A stretch of 64,000 nt of DNA, taken from Candidatus Latescibacterota bacterium (GTDB lineage: Bacteria > Latescibacterota > UBA2968 > UBA8231). The position numbers and the translations under genes are program-made. Below the pieces are notes generated by a model. The model was given only the letters and a program-made list of their open reading frames with translations, did not search any database and was not told where the DNA came from. Location of the stretch: assembly GCA_965200315.1 (NCBI GenBank), contig OZ241362.1:2592001-2656000 (forward strand), in the 5' to 3' direction. Below, one piece after another: positions 58,035 through 64,000 of the stretch (its first letter is position 1; the number at the start of each line of letters is the position of its first letter).

Positions 58035-58838
58035 ATGAGCGGCCATAGCTGCATATACGAGGGGCGAGTGCGGCACCGCCGCTTCGCGCCAGTGAACCAC
58101 GTTTTTGAGTACCGGCTCTTTATGATGTATCTCGATTTAGCCGAATTGCCCAGCGTGTTCGACGGGCGTTGGCTATGGTCGGTAGGGCGGCCCAATGTGG
58201 CCTATTTCCGGCGCGCCGATCACTTGGGGGCGCCGCAGCATCCCCTAGCCGATTGCGTGCGACAATTGGTCAAAGGCGAGAGCGGACGCTATCCCGACGG
58301 GCCGATCCGCTTGCTGACCCACCTGCGCTACGGTGGCTACGGCTTCAACCCGGTCAGCTTTTACTACTGCTTCGACCGGGCCGACAGGCGCATCGAAACT
58401 GTGGTCGGCGAGGTAAATAACACCCCTTGGGGCGAACAGCACTGCTATGTCCTGCATTCAGGGCTCGACCGCGGCCGCGGAGCGCACAAGTGCTATCAAT
58501 TCTCCAAGGCGTTTCACGTTTCGCCCTTCATGGCCATGCAGCAGGACTACACTTGGCACTTTACGACGCCACGCCGCACCCTAGCAGTGCATATCGACAA
58601 TTGGCAGGATGGTCGCCGCTTATTCGACGCGACCCTAGTGCTGCGACGGCGGGAAATAAGCGCAGCGGCACTAGCCCGGGTCCTGGTGCAGTATCCGCTG
58701 ATGACGACAAGGGTCATTGGTGCCATTCACTGGCAAGCCCTAAAACTGTGGCTCAAGCGCTGTCCGTTCTACCCGCATCCCAAGTCATTGGCAAAGGAAA
58801 AAAATCATGTCGCAACTCGCTCTCTCCCCCGCAGCTAA
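58035..58838 (+). CDS. DUF1365 family protein (UfaO/RSP_1090-like)
   Basis: G.VRHRRF.P..H.F.Y, FNPVSFYYC, EVNNTPWGE.H.Y, K.FHVSPF, IHWQALKLW. Confidence 0.92.
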   Translation: MSGHSCIYEGRVRHRRFAPVNHVFEYRLFMMYLDLAELPSVFDGRWLWSVGRPNVAYFRRADHLGAPQHPLADCVRQLVKGESGRYPDGPIRLLTHLRYGGYGFNPVSFYYCFDRADRRIETVVGEVNNTPWGEQHCYVLHSGLDRGRGAHKCYQFSKAFHVSPFMAMQQDYTWHFTTPRRTLAVHIDNWQDGRRLFDATLVLRRREISAAALARVLVQYPLMTTRVIGAIHWQALKLWLKRCPFYPHPKSLAKEKNHVATRSLPRS

Positions 58839-60081
58839 AGGCCGCGGCGGCTGGCCCGATCGCTGGGCGCGGTGGTTGGTGTTGGGGCACTTGCAGCACT
58901 TGCCGCGCGGGGCAATTTGCCTAGTGGAAGGCGAGCAGCACCGCACCTTCGGGCGGAGCGCAGAGGGCCCGGCCGTGGTTTTGCAGGTTCATCATCCGCG
59001 CTTTTTCCGCGCCGTGGCCTTAGGGGGCACCATCGGCGCGGCAGAAGCCTACATGCAGGGGTGGTGGAGTTGCGACGATCTGCCGGCTGTGTGCCGCTTG
59101 GCCGTGGCCAATATGGAGTGGATGCGCCAGCGCGAGCGGGGGTGGGCCCGGTTGGCCGCGCCGGCCCGCACGCTGGCGCATGCCCTCAAGCGCAACACGC
59201 TCCGGGGGAGCCGGCGCAACATCGCCGCTCACTACGATTTGAGCAACGACTTTTTCCGCCTCTTTCTCGACGACAACATGATGTATTCAAGCGCGGTGTT
59301 TCCGCATCCGCACAGTTCGCTCGAAGAGGCCTCCCGCTACAAGGTGGACCGGATATGCAAAAAGCTCGCCCTCGCGCCCGAAGATCACCTGTTGGAAATC
59401 GGCACCGGCTGGGGCGGTTTTGCCCTGCACGCGGCCCGCGAGTATGGCTGCCGGGTAACTACGGCGACCATCTCGCAGCAGCAATACGAACTGGCGAGTC
59501 AACGGGTCCAAGCGGCTGGCTTGGCAGGGCGGGTGGAGGTGGTCTTGGCCGACTACCGAGATCTACAGGGACAGTACGACAAACTGGTTTCCATAGAGAT
59601 GATTGAAGCGGTGGGACATCACTATTTCGACACCTATTTCGGCTCCTGCTCCCGCTTGCTCAAACCCGAGGGTCTTATGCTGTTACAGGCCATCGTCATC
59701 GGCGATTGGGCCTACGAGCGGGCGCGTCGCTCGGTCGATTTCATCAAGGCATACATCTTTCCGGGCAGTTGCATTCCGTCGGTGGCAGCCATCAGCCGCT
59801 CGGTAGCCGCGGCTACCGATATGCGCTTGGTACATCTGGAGGACATCGGGCCGCACTACGCCCGCACCTTGCAGGCTTGGCGGACGCGCTTTTGGGACTC
59901 AGAAGAGCAGGTTCGCCAGCTAGGCTTTAGCGAGGAATTCATCCGCCTGTGGGACTTCTACTTTTCGTATTGCATCGGCGGCTTTGCAGAGCACTACATA
60001 TCCGATGTGCAAATGCTGTTGGCCCGGCCAGCTAACCGGCGCTCAGCGCAGTTGCCCGAGATCGCTCACGGCGAGGTTTAG
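58807..60081 (+). CDS. Cyclopropane-fatty-acyl-phospholipid synthase family methyltransferase (UfaM-like)
   Basis: NIAAHYDLSNDFF, YSSA.F, LEIGTGWG, SIEMIEAVG, YIFPG. Confidence 0.9.
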   Translation: MSQLALSPAAKGRGGWPDRWARWLVLGHLQHLPRGAICLVEGEQHRTFGRSAEGPAVVLQVHHPRFFRAVALGGTIGAAEAYMQGWWSCDDLPAVCRLAVANMEWMRQRERGWARLAAPARTLAHALKRNTLRGSRRNIAAHYDLSNDFFRLFLDDNMMYSSAVFPHPHSSLEEASRYKVDRICKKLALAPEDHLLEIGTGWGGFALHAAREYGCRVTTATISQQQYELASQRVQAAGLAGRVEVVLADYRDLQGQYDKLVSIEMIEAVGHHYFDTYFGSCSRLLKPEGLMLLQAIVIGDWAYERARRSVDFIKAYIFPGSCIPSVAAISRSVAAATDMRLVHLEDIGPHYARTLQAWRTRFWDSEEQVRQLGFSEEFIRLWDFYFSYCIGGFAEHYISDVQMLLARPANRRSAQLPEIAHGEV

Positions 60082-60087
60082 GAACTC

Positions 60088-60885
60088 GTGTTAAGCGTAT
60101 TGGCGTATAGCTTGCCGCTGGCCATGGCGGGCATGGCCGCGCTGTATTGGCTGCAACGGCGGCGGGGTGACGCGGGAGTCGTCGACGTGGGGTGGGCTAG
60201 TGGCATTGGGTTGGTGGCCGTGGCCATAGCATATAGCGGGGACGGCTGGGCACCGCGGCGGTTTCTGCTCGGGTTGATGGGCGCGGTGTGGGCCTTCCGC
60301 CTGACCGCTTATTTGATAATGGACCGGCTGGTGCGAGCCAAAGCAGAAGACGGCCGCTACCAGATGCTGCGTACTCAATGGGGGCCCAAGGCCCAGCGGA
60401 ACTTGTTCTATTTATTTCAGGCGCAGGCCCTGCTAGTGGTTTTATTTGGCCTGCCCTTCGTCGCTGTGGCAGCCAAAGCAGAGGTGGGGTGGACCGCTTG
60501 GGACGTCGCCGGTCTGCTGGTGTGGGCGGTGGCCGTGGTCGGCGAGTGGATGGCTGACCGCCAATTAGCCGCCTTCCGCAGCCAAGCGGCCAACCAAGAG
60601 CGCACCTGCGACCGCGGCCTGTGGCGCTATTCGCGCCATCCCAACTACTTTTTTGAATGGGTCCACTGGTGGGCCTACGCAGTCATGGCCGTCGGATCGG
60701 CACTCGGGTGGCTAGCTTGGATCGGCCCGGTGCTGATGCTGTTTCTGCTGTACCGCGTTACTGGCATTCCTTACACTGAGAAGCGGGCCTTGGTCCGCCG
60801 CGGCGAGTCCTACCGCCGCTACCAGCGCACTACCAGTCCCTTTGTTCCGTGGTTCCCACGCAAGGAAAATGCTGAACGCGATTGA
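60088..60885 (+). CDS. DUF1295 family membrane protein (steroid 5-alpha-reductase-like)
   Basis: [38 protein letters not shown]. Confidence 0.92.
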   Translation: MLSVLAYSLPLAMAGMAALYWLQRRRGDAGVVDVGWASGIGLVAVAIAYSGDGWAPRRFLLGLMGAVWAFRLTAYLIMDRLVRAKAEDGRYQMLRTQWGPKAQRNLFYLFQAQALLVVLFGLPFVAVAAKAEVGWTAWDVAGLLVWAVAVVGEWMADRQLAAFRSQAANQERTCDRGLWRYSRHPNYFFEWVHWWAYAVMAVGSALGWLAWIGPVLMLFLLYRVTGIPYTEKRALVRRGESYRRYQRTTSPFVPWFPRKENAERD

Positions 60886-61927
60886 TTGGGCCGAGCGGGG
60901 CCTGTTGCCCGATATGCTCATCCGCTGGGGCATTCGCCGCTTCAATCGCGGGCGGTTGCGGCAAGAGCGGGGCGCGGACTGCGAGGCCGAGCAGGCGGCC
61001 AAATGCCGCTTCATCGCCTCAATGGATCAAGCACCCATCGCCCTGCATACGCAGAGTGCCAACGAGCAGCACTACGAGCTGCCGCCCGAGTTTTTCCAAC
61101 TGGTTCTGGGCCGTCACCTCAAGTACAGCGGCTGTTACTTCCCCGCGCCGACGGCCAGCCTAGACCAAGCAGAAGCGGCCATGCTGGAACGGACCTGTCA
61201 GCGCGCCGACCTACAAGACGGCCAAGACGTGCTGGAACTAGGGTGCGGCTGGGGGTCGCTGACCTTGTGGATGGCGCAACATTATCCCAGTAGCCGCATC
61301 ACCGCAGTATCCAATTCAACCTTGCAGCGCAACTTTATCGAAGCGCACAGCAAGGAGCAAGGGCTGGACAATGTCGCGGTGATCACCGCAGATATGAACG
61401 ATTTCGCCGCACCGGGACGCTACGACCGGGTAGTATCGGTGGAGATGTTCGAGCATATACGCAATTACCGCGAGCTAATGCGGCTCATCGCCGGCTGGCT
61501 CAAACCGGCTGGTTTGCTTTTCATCCACATCTTCGTCCATCGCCTCTACGCCTACGCCTTTGCCGCCGAAGGGGAAGAAAACTGGATGGGGCGTTATTTT
61601 TTTACCGGCGGCATCATGCCCTCCGACGATCTGCTACACTACTTTCAGGACGATCTAGTCTTAGAGGCACAGTGGCGAGTTGATGGCCGGCACTATGCCC
61701 GCACAGCCGAGCATTGGCTGGCCAATCTCGACGCTCGGCGTTCGGAGGCCCTCGCCATTTTGGAACGCCAGTACGGCGCAGCCCAAAAGCGGCGCTGGTT
61801 ACAGCGCTGGCGCATGTTCTTTATGGCTTGCGCCGAATTGTGGGGCTACAACGGCGGGCAGGAGTGGTGGGTGTCGCACTACCGCTTTAAGCGGCGGGAT
61901 GACGTAGGAATCAAAAGAAAGCAGTGA
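60869..61927 (+). CDS. Second CFA-like SAM-dependent methyltransferase (coclaurine N-methyltransferase-like subgroup)
   Basis: [37 protein letters not shown]. Confidence 0.88.
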   Translation: MLNAIDWAERGLLPDMLIRWGIRRFNRGRLRQERGADCEAEQAAKCRFIASMDQAPIALHTQSANEQHYELPPEFFQLVLGRHLKYSGCYFPAPTASLDQAEAAMLERTCQRADLQDGQDVLELGCGWGSLTLWMAQHYPSSRITAVSNSTLQRNFIEAHSKEQGLDNVAVITADMNDFAAPGRYDRVVSVEMFEHIRNYRELMRLIAGWLKPAGLLFIHIFVHRLYAYAFAAEGEENWMGRYFFTGGIMPSDDLLHYFQDDLVLEAQWRVDGRHYARTAEHWLANLDARRSEALAILERQYGAAQKRRWLQRWRMFFMACAELWGYNGGQEWWVSHYRFKRRDDVGIKRKQ

Positions 61928-61959
61928 GTTTCGCTTTATTAGGCTAAACGGAGTATAGA

Positions 61960-64000
61960 ATGGCAATTCTTAGATGTTTGGTGGCCCTCTTGGCAGCCAT
62001 GCCCGTAGCGGCCCAAGCCCCAGAGGCCACCTTGAGCGGTTTTGTCACCGACGCCGACAGCGGCGAAGCCCTGATCTTGGCGACGGTCGTGGTGGAAGGG
62101 CTTCAGCTCGGAGCGGCCAGCAATAACAGCGGCTACTATGCAGTCAAGCAAGTGCCAGCGGGTACGCACGTGGTGAGCACGTCGCACATAGGCTACCAGA
62201 CCCGGCGGGACACGCTGCGCTTTGGCACCGACGAAGCCGTGCGGCTCGATGTGGCACTGGTGCCCAAGCCGGTGGACATTGGCGAAGAGGTCTTGGTGGA
62301 AGCCGAGCGCCGCGAAGAGCTGGAGCAGGCCACCCAGAGCAGTTTTATCGTCCTACAGGTCGAGCCGTTGCAGCAAATGCCGGCCATTGGCGAGGCCGAT
62401 CTCCTCCGCAGCTTGCAACTGTTGCCGGGCATCCAGTCGGCTTCGGATATTAGCAGCGGCCTGTACGTGCGCGGCGGCGGGCCCGACCAAACGGCCATCC
62501 TCCTCGACCACATCCCCCTGTACAATCCCTCCCACCTCTTCGGCTTTTTCTCGACCTTCAATCCAGACGCCATCAAGGATGTCCAGCTATACAAAGGAGC
62601 CTATCCGGCCGCGTATGGCCGGACGCTCGGAGCGGTGCTCGACGTGAGCAACCGCGAGGGCAACCGACAACGCTTCAGCGGCCGGGGCGGCATCAGTATG
62701 ATTGCGAGCCGCTTGCTGGCCGAAGGGCCGGTGGGGCAAGGATCGTGGATGATGGCCGGCCGCCGCACGTATCTAGAACCCATACTCAGCACCATCCGCT
62801 CTCGCGGCGTGGACATCCCGTTTAGCTACTACTTCTACGACTTCAACGGCAAAGTCAACCAGCGGTGGGGCGACGACACCTTTACCGTGAGCACGTACTG
62901 GGGCCAAGACGATCTGCGGGCGGACGCAGAAGAAGAGGATGAATCCTTTGCCGATTTGCGCTGGGGCAACCGCGCCGTGACCGTACGCTGGACGCGGGTG
63001 TTCTCGCCGACCCTGTTTGGGCACTTCATGGCGGCCGGCTCGTCGTACGAAAGCACCCTCTTGTTCAGCTTATTCGACACGCCGTTTGGCATTGCCAACA
63101 GCATTCGCGATTGGTCGTTCAAAGGCGATGTGGATTACTTCGCCAACCGCGACCACACCCTCACACTCGGCTTTCTGGCTACCCTGTTCGAGTTCGACTA
63201 TTCCCAATCCTTCAACCAAGAGGAGCAGTCCTTGTACCAGAAGTCGGTGCTGGCCTCGGCCTACGTCCAAGACGAGTGGCAGGCCGGGCCCATCACGCGG
63301 CTGCGGCTCGGGGGCCGAGGCACTTATTTCAGTGTTGGGGATCGCCTGCACTTTATGCCTCGGCTGTCCCTCAGTCGCGCCCTCAGCGAAAACATCCGCG
63401 TCAAGGCCGCCGCGGGCATGTACCGCCAGTACCTGCAATTGATCACCACCGAAGTCTTTAGCGGCGGTGATTTCTGGGTGCCGCTCGACAGCAGCGTTGA
63501 GCCGGGCCGCTCGTATCAGGGGGTGGTGGGAACCGAGTGGGACCCGTCGCGGCGCTATCAGCTCTCCGTGGAGGCCTACTACACCGACTTGGCCAATTTG
63601 GTGGTGCTGGACAACGCGGTGGCCGTCGATAGCGAAGGCACGCGCTCGGATGACATATTCAAAAGCGGGGGCACCGGCTGGGCCAGCGGAGTCGAAGTCT
63701 TTTTGCAGCGGCGCACCGGAGCACTCACCGGCTGGGTGGGCTATACGTTGGGCTGGACGCGGCGCACCTTTCCCGAGCTAAACGGCGGACGCGCCTTCTC
63801 CCCCAAGTACGACCGCCGCCACGACCTGTCTTTTGTGGTCTCATACAACTTGGGGAAATGGCGCCTTGGCTCGAATCTCGTGTACGCCACCGGGCAGGCC
63901 TTCACCCCGGCCTCGGCCCGCTATTCGCTGCGCGAGCCGACCACCGGGTCGCTGCAAGACTACGTGCTACCAGCCGAGCGCAATAGTGCCCGCCTACTGC
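61960..64000 (+). CDS. TonB-dependent receptor (copy 2), runs off the window end
   Basis: Absent from the ORF track; ATG 61960 reads MAILRCLVALLAAMPVAAQAPEATLSGFVTDADSGE..., colinear and highly similar to 51617-53782. Confidence 0.88.
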   Translation, partial: MAILRCLVALLAAMPVAAQAPEATLSGFVTDADSGEALILATVVVEGLQLGAASNNSGYYAVKQVPAGTHVVSTSHIGYQTRRDTLRFGTDEAVRLDVALVPKPVDIGEEVLVEAERREELEQATQSSFIVLQVEPLQQMPAIGEADLLRSLQLLPGIQSASDISSGLYVRGGGPDQTAILLDHIPLYNPSHLFGFFSTFNPDAIKDVQLYKGAYPAAYGRTLGAVLDVSNREGNRQRFSGRGGISMIASRLLAEGPVGQGSWMMAGRRTYLEPILSTIRSRGVDIPFSYYFYDFNGKVNQRWGDDTFTVSTYWGQDDLRADAEEEDESFADLRWGNRAVTVRWTRVFSPTLFGHFMAAGSSYESTLLFSLFDTPFGIANSIRDWSFKGDVDYFANRDHTLTLGFLATLFEFDYSQSFNQEEQSLYQKSVLASAYVQDEWQAGPITRLRLGGRGTYFSVGDRLHFMPRLSLSRALSENIRVKAAAGMYRQYLQLITTEVFSGGDFWVPLDSSVEPGRSYQGVVGTEWDPSRRYQLSVEAYYTDLANLVVLDNAVAVDSEGTRSDDIFKSGGTGWASGVEVFLQRRTGALTGWVGYTLGWTRRTFPELNGGRAFSPKYDRRHDLSFVVSYNLGKWRLGSNLVYATGQAFTPASARYSLREPTTGSLQDYVLPAERNSARLL

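Noticed and set aside
1-64000. CRISPR array, cas genes, rRNA or tRNA
   Set aside because: No regularly spaced direct repeats with spacers and no recognisable RNA gene motifs were seen.

Overview
A 64-kb, GC-rich bacterial chromosomal segment. The gene content (three ASPIC/UnbV FG-GAP proteins, FlgD-Ig-tailed secreted proteins, a DUF6785-type membrane protein, PhyH/LLM/2OG enzymes, C-terminal TAVE..TWG.(I/V)K tails) suggests a Latescibacterota-like FCB-group organism, possibly a sponge symbiont; this is inference only. Left part (1-10.3 kb): GH108 lysozyme, Zn-ADH, SMP-30, an IS1595 remnant, a cluster of small TIR/TSD-bounded elements carrying different REP-like palindromes (one sits in frame inside a signal peptide), a CRTAC1 protein, a fused MFS/spermidine synthase and a DUF6785 protein. 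Centre (10.3-35 kb): a mostly minus-strand cluster of uncharacterised envelope genes. It holds two tandem ~950-aa paralogous secreted proteins with barrel-like C-termini, three paralogous FlgD/CHU_C-tailed proteins, a TWG-tailed protein with strong expression signals, a PpiC-type foldase, two receptor-L-domain repeat proteins, two CRTAC1 proteins, a TPR protein and a GT-C-like enzyme. This is my best candidate for an undescribed system. Right part: debris of a large surface-protein gene, an M28 peptidase, a 2OG oxygenase, a yejABEF-type ABC transporter with two yejA genes, PhyH, a restriction-modification pair whose endonuclease is frameshifted by a 10-bp tandem duplication, an LLM oxidoreductase and a class III aminotransferase. 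It ends with a CarH-type B12 photoreceptor locus (operator array over a sigma70 promoter) carrying fasciclin and a desaturase/UfaD/UfaO/UfaM-like lipid-modification operon, bracketed by two near-identical TonB-dependent receptor genes. No rRNA, tRNA or CRISPR array was seen. All family assignments come from motif recognition by eye, not from database searches.
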